A DNA stretch of 64,000 nucleotides, taken from contig NC_081333.1 of assembly GCF_022539665.2 (NCBI RefSeq), positions 5,146,001 to 5,210,000 of the forward strand, read 5' to 3'. Shown here in pieces: positions 39,211 through 52,200 of the stretch (positions are counted from its first letter, which is position 1; each line of letters opens with the position of its first letter). The notes beneath the pieces are model-generated. The model was not told the origin of the DNA. It was given only the letters and a program-made list of their open reading frames with translations, and made no database searches. The DNA is from Daphnia carinata. Lineage: Eukaryota. The translations under genes and the position numbers were made by a program.

Positions 39211-42132
39211 GCAATAAATTTGAATTCCTGGAAAAATAATTTGATATTAACAGCATAAATCCACAACTTTTAAAAGAAAAGCCAGCCCAGATGATGCGTA
39301 ATTAAAAAATAAAAGAAGTTTTTCGGTTTAAAATAGTTTTGCCTACTTATTTACAATTCTGCAACTGGAGGTTTGCGAAATTATTTTAAAATTTCAAAAA
39401 ATATAATTTAAATGAAACATTCATTCTTCTTTAAACACATGATTCATTTTATTTAATGTGCCAATTCAATTGCTTAAAAAACAAATTTTTAAGATGCCCC
39501 TATTTCGAGGTAAATAACGAATATACCTACCTATACCTAAACAAAATAAAAGAATATGAGAATCAATAATGAAGGGAGTATGGCGTTGTGGGAGATAAAC
39601 TTGCTATAAAGATTTTTCTTAAACGAGGGCAACAAACCCGCCAATGGCACATTAATCAATAGTACCGATATGTTGTGTTCCGGTCAGGTCAAATACTACC
39701 ACACTAGCTGAACGAATCCATTACAGCTTCGGAAGTCTCATATCGTCCTTTAAGTATTGTCAAAATTGGGTCGAAATCTCAGGGTACATACCAGAAAAAT
39801 CTCAAGAAATCAATCAATCATTCCAGAATTTCAAACCTTGATTGCTAACGAAATCCTCCCTATAAAGCACGTTTCCAAAAATAATTTTTCATTGCGAGCA
39901 ACATAAACATACGCTCATTCACATCAAGTAAGCCGTTGAATTTTCCATACGAAGAGCAGTCGATATTTCGTACAAATACCTGCAGCTATTAAAGGCCCGT
40001 ATCATTTCTGCGCTATATAATTAATCGCGCTAATCTGGCAGCATTGAAAACAAACGACCGCCCTGTTGCTGTAAAGTTATAGTCATGTATACGGTGACTA
40101 AACCTAGCTTTGGTGATTAATGATTGATTAAAAATCTGATTCGTCAGAGGCCATTGTATTGAATATGTCCGCAGGCAGCAGTCACATACACAGTTCAAAG
40201 CGAAGTCGATTTGTTGGCTGGCCATACCTCCAGATGGTTATCCTTTACTGGCTGTCTGCATTTGCATATATAGAATAGCTATAAATACAAGGCATTCGAC
40301 AGATACATTTGATCGCGTTTGGTTTGACCGCTTGAAATGAGAGGACCTCCAACTGACCGATAAGGTGGACCAATGCGACATGTTTCGGTTGACGTGATGA
40401 ATTGGACCTTGTGCCCTGTCGTACGTGAGCTTGTTTAACAGCTATTCTTTTCTTCCTATTATTTCTCTTCTTTGACACGGACTAAAACTAGTTTCTTTCT
40501 GTTTTCCATTTTCCCTTTTTGTTCGTTTGCTTTCTGTCTCCCTCCTCTTAAATTGTCACCTTCTTTTTTGCCCGTTCCTAGCCCAACCTTCTACTTCGTC
40601 ACGTAACGAGTTCTGCACCAAGCCGCCATTGGAGACGATATGGATGAACAAAACATGTAATGCAGATATATGCCAGATTGCTGCCGTGGCGTTAGGGTGA
40701 TAACCTTGGTCGGTTGGAAAGACGAGTTATACGTTGAATATTAAACGTTCGTTGACAACACCATGCTATTTATCTTGCGTTTTTTTGTTTTTGTTTTTGT
40801 TTCTTTTCTTATTGATTTATATTTTTCTTGCTGTCCATCTCGCTAGTTGGTAGCTAACTTGGCTAGTTCTAACCCATTTCTAGTAGCCCTATCTTTCTTT
40901 TGTGTGTTTCTTTCCGATAAATTCAGCCATCTCGATTTTTCTTGCAAATTTCTTCTTGCATTTTTTGTTGCGCATGCAAATGTATGTGCATTCCAGTTTT
41001 CATTTAAAGATTGCCGTTCAAGTGGTAACTGGAAATCAAAATTTATGCCAAGCAAGGTCATGGCCACTTTGAAGTTACTGTTTATGTGTTTCTTAGTGCT
41101 GAAGTGATTGCCAAACGACTCTTTTAAAAAGGCATTTGGCTGAGATGTCAAAGGACAAGACGGCATACTCGTTTAGACACCTTTCTTTCTAAAAAAAAAG
41201 TAAATATGCCAATGCTAACGATAACCCTAATTTAAACATTAACCAAATTTACCCACGATCATAGAGCAATATGAAATTAGGCTAAGAACTGGTTTGAAAT
41301 TCTCCGTCACGTATATCTATCCAGACGTCTATTGCCTAAACAGAAAGTGATTTCGTCATAGTTTGAACAAAAAATTATATATTTGTTTAAGAGCTGTGAT
41401 GCGATTAGGTACGTCTGCTAGTCTTCAGCAGCGCCGGGTTGTCAACAAAAACGAAACGGACTGCAGTCCTAGTGAAATCTATTGCAACAAAAGCTTTCGT
41501 TGCGCTAAGGGCCTTTTTCCCCTATTGTATCGAAATATTTCGTAGCGCTCAGACCCTTTTTCCACTATCGCACTGCAGCTTTGTAACTCCTAAACAAAAG
41601 CCTTCAACAAGTATAACATGTAGCATAATGAAATTTTTAGTTATGATTGCTCTTTTGAGCGTGATTTCAGTTCCAAACTCCTGAAAACAGGTATAAGCTC
41701 ATCCCAATATAAATAGCCGTATTCAACGATTGCATAAACAGAACGACATTATTTAAGAAGTGATTTAAGAACCACTATAGTGGTTCTTATTTTTTCCGAA
41801 ATTGTACTTTTCCATCCTCCACGTGCAACCCTCAGAAGACGCACACTCCCACTAAAGGGAATCTTGTCCTCTATCAAATGGTGCATATTCAAACACGGTT
41901 AAAACGACAGAAAAGTGAAAGTTTTGCGAAATTTTTCAAGACCCAATAAAAAAACCCCCAAAAGAACAAGTGATGTGACGGTAATATTCCGCTCGTATCC
42001 AGGCTGCGATTATGTTTTAAATTTCACTCAGTTTCTTGTTGCGATTACAAGGATCCCTAATCAATACAGTAAGCACGGTGGCAAATCTAAGAAAATTCTT
42101 TGTAGCAAACGTATTAAAGTCACTAACAATAT

Positions 42133-44500
42133 TGTTACGGAATCGTCGATTAACCGACGATATCAACGAATAGCTTCCGTATCGAGGAAGACCGAGAGGG
42201 AATTGTTGAAGACTTAAGGGAGAGTTAGTTAGTTCATGGTAGTAGAGTGTTGAGTCTGGATGTCCCAAAGAAGTCCCTAATCTTAAAGGTTAAACCTGTA
42301 TTTCTATTGTTACTATTATTCTATTGTATTGTGTTAGTGTTCAGACCGTCCGGGTATTTATGTCGTTGGGACGGACGGTCTGGTGGATCGTGTTATGTTG
42401 TTTGTACAGGTCGTCCGGGTATGTATGTTGTTGGTACGGACGACCTGGGTATGTTTCTTGGTGGTACCTGTTCGTGGTACCGGAGACCAAGTTTGATAGA
42501 GTAGGACGTTGGTAAAGACGTCCGACTATACTCGCCAATTGTTACTAAGCTTATGTAATCTAGATATGTCTGTTTAAGGACTTATATGCTAAGTAATAAA
42601 GACAAGTAATTAGACTGGAACGTAACAATGGTGTCAGAAGTGGGATCGGGTCTTTGAAGAGTCGTAATTATCCGACTACCCGAACTGAACAATTTCAGTC
42701 TAATTGATTGTCTTTTAGTTATTATCATCGTACGTTTTGTCTTGCTCATTTTTTTTCTCTAGCTTTTCAGTTATTGCTATCACCCCTATTTCCTTACAAA
42801 AAAAAAAAAAAATGACTACCGAAGAACAAATGAATATGTTTACAGAAATTGTGAGAACTCAACAAATTTTACAACAACAAATGAATGATCAAAATCGTTT
42901 ACGCGAACAAAACGACAATCCGTGCCTTCCAACGTATAGCGCGAAAAACGAAGAAGATGTGCTCGATTTCATTGAAGTAGTTAACCGAGAAGCGGTGGCG
43001 GGACAATGGGATGACAATCGCAAACTTCGTTTAGCAAAGGGAGCTTTACGAGGAATTGCTGCAGAGTGGCGCTGGCAACATGAAACGGAAGTTCCTTCCG
43101 ATTGGAATGGCTGGTCAACAGCTCTATGTTCCACTTTTCGGAGACGTTACAACTTTACTGAGTGGGAAAAACTAGTAACAACACATGTTCAACAAAAAGA
43201 TGAATCCGTCCCTCGGTATGCCCTGTCGAAAGCCAAACTTCGCCGTCATTGCCCTTACCCGATGACCGAAGCTGATTTCATTCCATATCTCATTCAAGGA
43301 ATTTTCTTCCAACAATTTCGTGTTGTACTGTTACAACACCCTCCAAACACAGTCATCGCTTTCATCCGGGATTATGGAGTCCTAGCAGCAAATGCAGTTC
43401 ACACTGCTGTAAAAGAGTCAGATGTAATCTCGTTAGGGATTCGTTTAGACGAACAAGTTCAAGAACTAACGGAACTGAAAATTCGGCTAAACGAAAATGC
43501 AAGAAGCTTACCCTATAACACTTCCAACCAACAATATCGACGGCCCGGAAACATGCTTAGTGGAGAGCGGCTGTGCTTTAAATGCAACAATACTGGCCAT
43601 ATGCGCCATGAATGTCCTCTGAACGATGTTCAACGGTCGGGAAACGACAAAGCCGGACCCCGGGGCCAGGCTCGGCATTAAATGCTTTTGATGCCCCATC
43701 TACTCGACCTGTATCCCTCTTAATCACACAACTAACTATTCTACCGCCAACTGCACTGATGTTCGTGCCTACAAAATTCACAATTCATAAAAACAAAAAA
43801 AAAAAAAAATAACCCTACTCCTCAAGAATTTGATTGGAAACCCAAGATCGTTGCAACAAAAGCACGTCGTAATCAACAAACGTTTGTTAAAAACTTACTC
43901 TTCTTTCATTTAAAATTTACAGTTATGTTCTTCATTTACATTCTTTGTTAAATTATCTCTCTTATTTCGGTTTTATAGAAATAAAACTCGAGTCAGGAAA
44001 GGCCGTGTTACGGAATCGTCGATTAACCGACGATATCAACGAATAGCTTCCGTATCGAGGAAGACCGAGAGGGAATTGTTGAAGACTTAAGGGAGAGTTA
44101 GTTAGTTCATGGTAGTAGAGTGTTGAGTCTGGATGTCCCAAAGAAGTCCCTAATCTTAAAGGTTAAACCTGTATTTCTATTGTTACTATTATTCTATTGT
44201 ATTGTGTTAGTGTTCAGACCGTCCGGGTATTTATGTCGTTGGGACGGACGGTCTGGTGGATCGTGTTATGTTGTTTGTACAGGTCGTCCGGGTATGTATG
44301 TTGTTGGTACGGACGACCTGGGTATGTTTCTTGGTGGTACCTGTTCGTGGTACCGGAGACCAAGTTTGATAGAGTAGGACGTTGGTAAAGACGTCCGACT
44401 ATACTCGCCAATTGTTACTAAGCTTATGTAATCTAGATATGTCTGTTTAAGGACTTATATGCTAAGTAATAAAGACAAGTAATTAGACTGGAACGTAACA
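42133..44500 (+). mobile_element. Non-autonomous Gag-only Ty3/Gypsy-type LTR retrotransposon
   Basis: 495-bp LTRs at 42133-42627 and 44006-44500 (TGTTACG...CGTAACA), no difference noticed between them. PBS TGGTGTCAGAAGTGGGAT (tRNA-Leu type), purine-rich tract before the 3' LTR, 4-bp TSD ATAT. Confidence 0.95.
42812..43681 (+). CDS. gag: Retrotransposon Gag (capsid plus CCHC zinc knuckle), 289 aa
   Basis: LPTYSAKNEEDVLDFIE...WDDNRKLRLAKGALRGIAAEW...QQKDESVPRY...CFKCNNTGHMRHECP. Uninterrupted ORF. Confidence 0.92.
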   Translation: MTTEEQMNMFTEIVRTQQILQQQMNDQNRLREQNDNPCLPTYSAKNEEDVLDFIEVVNREAVAGQWDDNRKLRLAKGALRGIAAEWRWQHETEVPSDWNGWSTALCSTFRRRYNFTEWEKLVTTHVQQKDESVPRYALSKAKLRRHCPYPMTEADFIPYLIQGIFFQQFRVVLLQHPPNTVIAFIRDYGVLAANAVHTAVKESDVISLGIRLDEQVQELTELKIRLNENARSLPYNTSNQQYRRPGNMLSGERLCFKCNNTGHMRHECPLNDVQRSGNDKAGPRGQARH

Positions 44501-44599
44501 ATATATCCAGTATAACTAGACATAATCATCACGCAAAATCCAAGGCAAAGACTTCATGTTGAATTTAAATGTATTAAATATATTCGTATTAATCATGTT

Positions 44600-46395
44600 A
44601 GGCTAATTGCTGTAGCAATAACTGTTCGAAGATATTAAATTTACCCTGTGCAGCCGCCCTTACAAGCAGATCGGCTATAGTGCCCTCATTCAACGTTCCC
44701 GGCTGATGGCTAGGATGAGACAGAGAAAGTGGTTGTTGTTGCTGTTGTTTCGGACCAGTCACAAGCAGATGAGATAGTAATGAAGCCAACAGATTTGAAA
44801 AACTCAAATTCGGACATTCAAGACACCGTTCATAGTAAGACTAATAATATATTTAAAAAAAAAAAGAAACCGACTTATGTGTTCTTGACGAATGCTTGCA
44901 GCCATGGTGTTATGAAGGTCTGTCGCTGAACCGGGCAATGGCGTAAGACATAATGGATTGGGTCCAAGTCTCTTCATCCGCAGTGACTCGTAGATCACCA
45001 TCGTCATAGACCTTTGTCACCTTACCGATTTTACCAGGAGCCTAGAAAACAGATTTAATTATTTTTTTCTTTTATTTTTCCTTTTCAGATATTACGGAGT
45101 TGTGCGTAATTTCATCTGACAGAAACGTCATGCTTCAACAACATTGCATTGCTAAAATCATACATACCAATCGCATTAAATCAACCGACACTCCATGACC
45201 TCGTTGAAGAAGTTTCACGTGTGCGATATCATCGTTTAGCCTTACTGCGACTCCGACAGAAAAATCCGATAAACGATAAATTGTTCGCGGATGGAACGTC
45301 CAACGTTGGTTACGGCCATCAAATTCAACTCGAATATCTCTCCTTTCGGTGACGCCGTGAACTGTTCCGACGTGACCTATGCACTTTTGACGACTAGGAA
45401 AGCGGGGGAAGAGGAGACGGAATGCCATCTCACAACGCTAAAATATGAATTCGAACAGCGATGTACCTCCACCACACGAGGAGTCCAGCCTCCGTGTCCT
45501 TCTTGCATTTCTCTTAGCCGATCGGCCTCAACGGTAACTTTGACTTCGTCGCCCACGCTAAACGCTGCAACGGCGCTTGAGGAGCTGGGATCGCCCGAAG
45601 GTCTGCTGGTAAAATCGTTTGATAGTTCTAAAACCGGACGTGCTTCACGATAGTAATATTCCCCCTACGGCAGCATGAACACAACTCAAATCCATCTACC
45701 CTTGTACCTCAGACGGTAAACGTTTGTCGAGCTAGAAGCCCAAGCTACATTAGCCATCCAACATCCTTTATAGAAAAAAAAACTAGAAGTAAAATCAACT
45801 GTCGCAAAAAAATTCATTTTTGCATACCTGATTTCCCAGTCCCAGTCAGGTCCTCGAACTACTTTGGCTCTACCAAAAATACACCTGTGACTTGAATTTT
45901 TGGCATGCTTTGCCGTTTATTCACAATAACAATTGAATTCAAAGATAGAAAACAGGTACTAGAATTATGTAAAACTAAAGAAGCAAATATACCCAAATGA
46001 TGATGCATTTTCATAGCGTGAAAATGAGTGAAACAGATCATGTTTTTCTTCCGTGAAACAGGAAGTACATAAATCAAAATCTTTACACAATCGGCACTTC
46101 CGTCTCATTCCTGAGATTCCTTGGCACTTGCAGCCATCACGTACAATGTCCTGAAACTTAACACCAACTGGGGCATTATCCCCATAATTGTAGCATTAAA
46201 ACACAACAGAAGACATCAAAACTGATTTTGCATAACCCTTAAATCATAATCTCCTTGATAACCAACACAGTAATTCTTTCTAGCACCAATATCCCACTGC
46301 ACGACAATTGTTTTGTCAGGCCTTGATGGGCTTCCGGGTTTACCCATTTCAACAACAGTTCCAACATTCCCGTTGCCACTGCCCTGGTTACCCTG
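44600..46395 (-). pseudogene. mib2: mind bomb 2, N-terminal half (MIB/HERC2, ZZ, MIB repeats), disrupted
   Basis: GNVGTVVEMGKPGSPSRPDKTIVVQWDIGARKNYCVGYQGDYDLRV, VRGPDWDW, GTVHGVTERRDIRVEF...RWTFHP, LLVRAAAQG. Confidence 0.88.
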
Positions 46396-46764
46396 CATTT
46401 GTTTTCAAACAAAACGTAATAGGTTGCAATTCATATAAATTTTTCAGTTCTACTATTTGTTATGAAATTCATCTACCATTTTGCGTTAATCATATTTATT
46501 AAAAGCAGTTCTATGTAAGTTGATTGCACAGTAGAATCATTGAGATCTAATGGGAACATAATTCCTATTTTAAAATCACTTAGTTTGAATATGAACTCTA
46601 TTGTGTGTGAGCATAATCTGCCGTATTCAAATTTGAAACCATAGCTTAAAACAGCCATACAAATTGTTTATGATATCCCGGGAAGATGGGCAATGCCTCA
46701 GAAGGTCTTCAAGCATAGTTCATGTTACTTTGTATAGATATAAGATCAATTATTTTATTTTAGG

Positions 46765-47570
46765 ACCAGATTTCCCGTAACATGTGGGAAAAAGTAAAGC
46801 TGTCTAAAAGCTTGGAAAACGCCCTTCGACAGATTAATGAGTACCTTATGTTCTGGCCAGGCTTTAACAAGCAAAAGTGCATACTGACTGCTTAAAATCT
46901 CCCAATACCTGACAATAATGAAAAAACTGAGACTGCGAGGACAGTAAGTGTTTAAAATGTCATTTAGCAATTATTCGGCATGAATAACCCTATTTTCCTA
47001 AATATTTTAATTATTCCAATATTGCTCCCGATGGGAAGAAACTGGTGCCTATCCAAACAAAACAAAATAGGCGTGACCGTCGCCGAGAAGAAAAAGTCCT
47101 AGTCGCTGCCCGTCTAGATTCATTCATTTTCGAAAAAGAACTTCTCGAACGTCTTAAAATTTAAACTGTATGTTTTTTTATTATTTTTGTATCTAAATAA
47201 TAATAACACTCATCGATTGGAATAACCTTTGGTAGGGGACATTTACAACTTCCCTCAAGTTGCTTTTAGTAGACCTTTGGAAGAGGCGGAAGACGCGGGA
47301 GTTAATATAGAAGGCGAGGACTATGGAGAAGATGAAGAAAACGAAGGAGAAGAGGTTTGTAGATTCCTTTGAAAATTTTGTTGAATTATAGAGTTTCCAT
47401 ATAGAGTAGTTTATAATTTTTTTTTTTTTAACCAGGAGATTGATGAAGAGCTAGAGAAAGAACTAGAAGAACAGAGCGAAAACGAAGAGATTGAATATGT
47501 TGAAGCTGACAGTCATCTAGAAAGAGAGTTAGAAAGTGAATCGGATATAGAAGACACGAAACTGAAACTC
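46765..47570 (+). pseudogene. MAK16: MAK16 ribosome biogenesis protein, internal/C-terminal fragment
   Basis: [64 protein letters not shown]...[17 protein letters not shown], acidic tail. Confidence 0.85.
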
Positions 47571-48067
47571 CTTCTAAAAACTTGAAACGTACAGTGTAGT
47601 TTTGAACGTGACATACATCAATAGAGCCACAATATCAATGGAGCGCTTGGTTGTCGAAGAGGTGCAAACACCTGAAAGTAATGAAAATAATGTTAAACAA
47701 AAAATTAAATTTTAGCTTGAAAAAGTGGCGGTACCGATTCTGTTACTATCATATTGACAACATAGGATCCCAGAAATCCACAAATGCTTGTAACGAAATT
47801 CGTGACACCCGTCTAAGTACTGGAATTTCACCCGGTTACCATCAGGCTGCCAATACACTGCTCGTAGCTCAGAGGTAATATTCTTATCGTCATTTTAAAT
47901 ATTGCAGTTAATTAAAAAATGTGGTATACGCTTGCTTTGGTGAGGGAAGACAGGCCAAATTTTGGTTTTATTTATAGATTCTATTCGCTAGCCCATTGAT
48001 ATTGCCCAGTAAATTATATGAAACACAAATCTTAGAAACGTTAAATTTAATAGTTTAACTGGCTGTT

Positions 48068-48287
48068 CTCCTCCTTGTGTCCAAATCGTCGACCTTCCTG
48101 AACGCAACACATTCAAATTTCGGTTTGTGCTGTTGATATTTTCCATTTTTTATATTTTTATTGGCAATAATTAAATTTAATAATAATAATTTCTTCCCAA
48201 TTTCAACAGAATTCCCCCAGCTAACACATCCGATACCTGGCGATAATTAGTTTCGATCTTCAAATTACCATATTGCACTAAAAAAAA
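48068..48287 (+). repeat. Dispersed ~220-bp repeat, copy 2
   Basis: Diverged copy of 10758-10987. Confidence 0.85.
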
Positions 48288-48679
48288 TGGCAGCTACGTC
48301 ACTTGCGCTTAAACATCTGAACACAGGACGGTGGGGTTGTTTTTCCAAGACTTGCTTTCGGGTATTCGGTGTTCTTCGTGAGGTCCTTCCTCATCAAGTT
48401 GCATACATATGTGTCTTCTCTCCCCTTTTATTTTTAATATTAACCTGAGCCACTAAGCTATGGTCGGGTGTTTATTCAAATACCTCATCTTTTAAGGTAA
48501 GAGGCGAACTCGTCATCCTTTCGCCACCCTTCTATGCCAGAGTGCAAAAAGCATTTGCGGTGAGTGAGTGCCTACTACATAAAAGCAGCTGCCATAGCTA
48601 TTTTCTCAGCTTAAAGGGTAGAAATTAAAAGAATTCGCGCAATTTTTTAGATCCAATAACATAAACCAAAGGAACATGT

Positions 48680-48903
48680 GATATGACGGTAACTCTTACG
48701 CTCGTATCCGACTGTGATTAGGTTATAAATTTCACTTAGTTTCATAGTCATTTCAAGGATGCTTAATCGATACCGTACCAAACGGTGTCACATCTAAGAA
48801 AATGCTTTTTAATAAAGGTATTAAAGGCACATACAATATATCCAGTATAACTAGACATAATCACCATGATAAATCAAAGACAAAGACTTCATATAGAATT
48901 TAA
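48680..48903 (+). repeat. Uninterrupted paralog of the sequence flanking the Gag-only element (41970-42132 plus 44505-44570)
   Basis: Colinear similarity. Contains caATATatccagtataactagacataatca as an empty site. Confidence 0.85.
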
Positions 48904-49299
48904 CCAAAATAAAATGTACACAAAAATGAGGTGCGGCTAGGATGGGCGAAACATTGCATAGTCTGAGGTCCCGCTCTAGCAGTTTTTGAAATAGGCCTTC
49001 CCAAGTAGCCTATTGTCTATTTGAACTGGAAACGGTAGCAGCAAAGCGTTGCACACTTCCTTTCGCTTGGGACAAACGGCTGATCCAACCCGCCCGTTAA
49101 CGCCACTCGCATTCTCCTTTTGACCAGTACAGATTAATTTTACGTGCGACCAAGTTTCGGCATATATCACAAGTGCGTAGCGTTTGCGAACAGCTGTCAC
49201 ACGCACAGTGGCCGCAAAGGAAAGCCTACAAAAGCACAGGCTTCAATTTATGTAACAAAAAATAACACTTATGTTCATGGTCTCCGCGAGCCGACTCGA

Positions 49300-52200
49300 C
49301 CATTCGGGTTCACAGCGTTTGTCTGCCAGTCCTCGGGAATCTAGAACAATGGCCTTACCAGCAGCTCAAGGTGCCGTGCCACCTGAGCCTTGCGTTGTTA
49401 CCGTTCCTAACCGGAACGATAGAGTTCAGTCATCCTTTCCATGCGTTTATGTCTCCATTAAAGGTGGGCAACGGTAATGCAGTTCTCACTACCGACGACT
49501 GCGCCTCGATCTTTTTTTTTTTCTCTAAGTCTCCTCGTTTTCTTGCGGTATTTATCTTCTAAATCCCGATCCTTCGCTTTCTCTGCGACCGTGGATACTT
49601 GCCCGAGCCTTTCGTTGAGGGCGACTATTGCTGTTCACCTGGCTTCAGCTCTGTCCACGTATTGCTCCCTGTTTTGTTTGTCGGTATCCACTAAAGCGAT
49701 GCTTCCGAATAGCTCTTTGCGGATAAACTCCCCTTCAGAGAGACTTCTCGACCCTGGAACCACCGATAGTCTCGGCCCGTGAGGACGTGCGAAGTGGTTC
49801 TGACCGCCTGATCGGGCTATTCTCCTGCACCGGCATGCTGTCTTCTCGTAGATCTCTGATCTCGTCCTTTGCTTGGTTAATGATGTTTTTAACTTCTTCC
49901 TTGACGGTCTCCACGATCATCGGGATATGCTCCTCTCAAGAGGAGCTTTGTCTGGTCTGCTCCATTAACTCGGCCACGGAGTTTAACGCTCCGTTACTAC
50001 GCTCATTGATAGTGTTAATTAACTCTGTCAGAGATTCAATCCTTTGTTCTACTTCTTGGTAGCCCTGAATCTTGTTTTCTAACTATTCTGTATCGGGGCT
50101 TCTAGCTCTCCGCGGGCTCTTTCCCCTATCTCCCCTTCTAACTTGTCTAATTTTGCCTGAATCTGATGAGATACCGCGGCCTGAGCTACCATCATCTCCC
50201 TCAGCCGTCGTATCTCGGTTTCGACATGGCTCAATCGTTGCTCATTATGAGAGTTGCCGAAGAGCCCGACGTTTCTGCTGGTCGAGCTGCCGTCGGTCTT
50301 TTGGGTCGGCTCGGTGCTGACATGTCGAGGAAAAAAACGGGATAATGTTTTCCTTTGATGTGCTTTATTAACGAAGTCCAACCACAAGTATATAAAGGTT
50401 TAAGCCGAATACGGCGAGCGGAAAATTTCGTCTTCGTCTGACGAAGACAAGAGCCCGGTTTTCGCTAATTTCCGAGCGAGCTGCTTGTTGACCTTTTCTT
50501 CTTCCACAATCCGCTTCCACTTTCTGGGAGTGTTGGCGGAAGATTTGGATTTTTTCGGGGTTTCCTGGGGCTCTGGTACACGTTCAGCCGGGGGTTTGGT
50601 TGAGGTTGATGACTCCGGGGCGATAGCGAAGCAGTTCCTGGGTGCAAGGAATATTGGGGTCGAGGTCCTTGACCTTGCCAACGCCTGCTCCCTCCTCAAG
50701 ATTTCCTCTTTGTCCCTCCGAAGACGGCTAGTCTCTAGGAGGTATCTTGCCCGACTTTCGGCTTCTTCGGCTGCCTTCTGAGACGCCGAAATAACCTCGG
50801 AGTGCGACTCCTTCACTTGCTTTAGGGACGCTAGCTGAGCCCTCTCTTGCTCATTCAGGTATTGGTCAGGCGTATCCAAAGCCTTCGGGATAGGCCGGGC
50901 GTAGGGGCTGGGCCGGATCTTCTTGTCTGCGGTCCTCCCCGGTTTCTGCTCCGGGAATGGCACTGGGATTCGGAGCTTGCGAAACACCCCTTTTGGAATC
51001 GTCCGCTCAAGTTCCTTCCACAACTGTACGAGCGGGTGTCGGCGTGGAGAGGGGACTTGAACCGTGCGAATACGGCGTGCTGGTGCTGTGTCAGGAGACT
51101 ATCCGACACTGTAATGAGCAAAAAATGTTTTGGGTTTTATTTTTATGAAGGATATATATATTTTTGTGTTGTGTGCTTGTTGTTTTTTTTAAATTCTGGG
51201 TCGGCGCCTCCGGTTCGAAGGACCAAATATGGAATATCTTCCACCGTCGGAGACTGCCGACTCAGGGTTGTGATTTGGCGGGTGGTCTGGTGAGGCCTAG
51301 CCCTTGTAAGGAGCCAGTGTATTTTTAGGCGGCGTCTCGATTGGGAGTTGCCGTTAATTGTAGACGGAAGGTCCCTTATGGGGAACACGACCGGGAAGTG
51401 GGGCAGGTTTATGGGCCGTGACACATTACAGCGCCAAAAAGAACCGTACCTAGGAAAAAATGATTCGTAAATAGAACAGGAAAAAAATATAATTACTTGC
51501 AGATTTAGCAGAGGAGGTTCCGGGGATGCTTGAGATCTTGATGCGACGCGGCTGCAGGCGGGAAGCAGGAGGACAGGGACAACGGCGGACACTCAAAGAC
51601 ACAACCCACATAGAACAATTCGGTCCCACGGACATCCGTGGTATATCCTATTTGGATAACGATGACATCTTACGAACATCCGTGGAACTGCCCGACCTCC
51701 TGGTTGGATGTCCATCGGATGCCGACGGAATATTAGAAGACCTCCCGGGAATATGCCGATTGATATCCGAGGGAAGTCCTGTTGGGCGGGAAAAGAACAT
51801 GCTCTGAAGATGTGAGAATTATGGAAATTCCTTTGTTTAAGCATTCTTGGCTAAAGTAAAGTATGAAAAATAAATAATGTAACACAACGATGGAATTATG
51901 GTGAGAAATTTCTTTGTATTGACATATACCGACATATAAGATACAACATGTAACTTTCAAGTTTGGAAGACAAATAAAAAACTGATCCATTTTAATAATC
52001 TACAGTGAGGGGCCTCAGTAGGAAGACTACGCAGCTGGAGAGGAACAGAGCAGGCCGCTGGACAGCATCGAGAGAAGCACATAGGCACTGAAAGTAATCC
52101 GGAACGGCACAGCACAGACGAAATCGGAAGACGGTAGTAGCCCACAGAGTAACAGAAGCACTAGTTGTTAACGAGAAAAGTTCCAAACGCGAAATTCACT

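Noticed and set aside
39600..41170. Multi-exon minus-strand remnants and ORFs 40245-40478 and 40843-41166
   Set aside because: Likely decayed genes, but no family was recognised.
42247..42538. Small ORFs duplicated at 44120-44411; CRISPR-like repeat/spacer appearance
   Set aside because: They lie in the LTRs and reflect the hairpin array. The context is eukaryotic, there are no cas genes, and the 11-nt 'spacers' are mutually complementary.
48935..49300. Coding-like stretch next to the BEL remnant
   Set aside because: No assignable motif in any frame.
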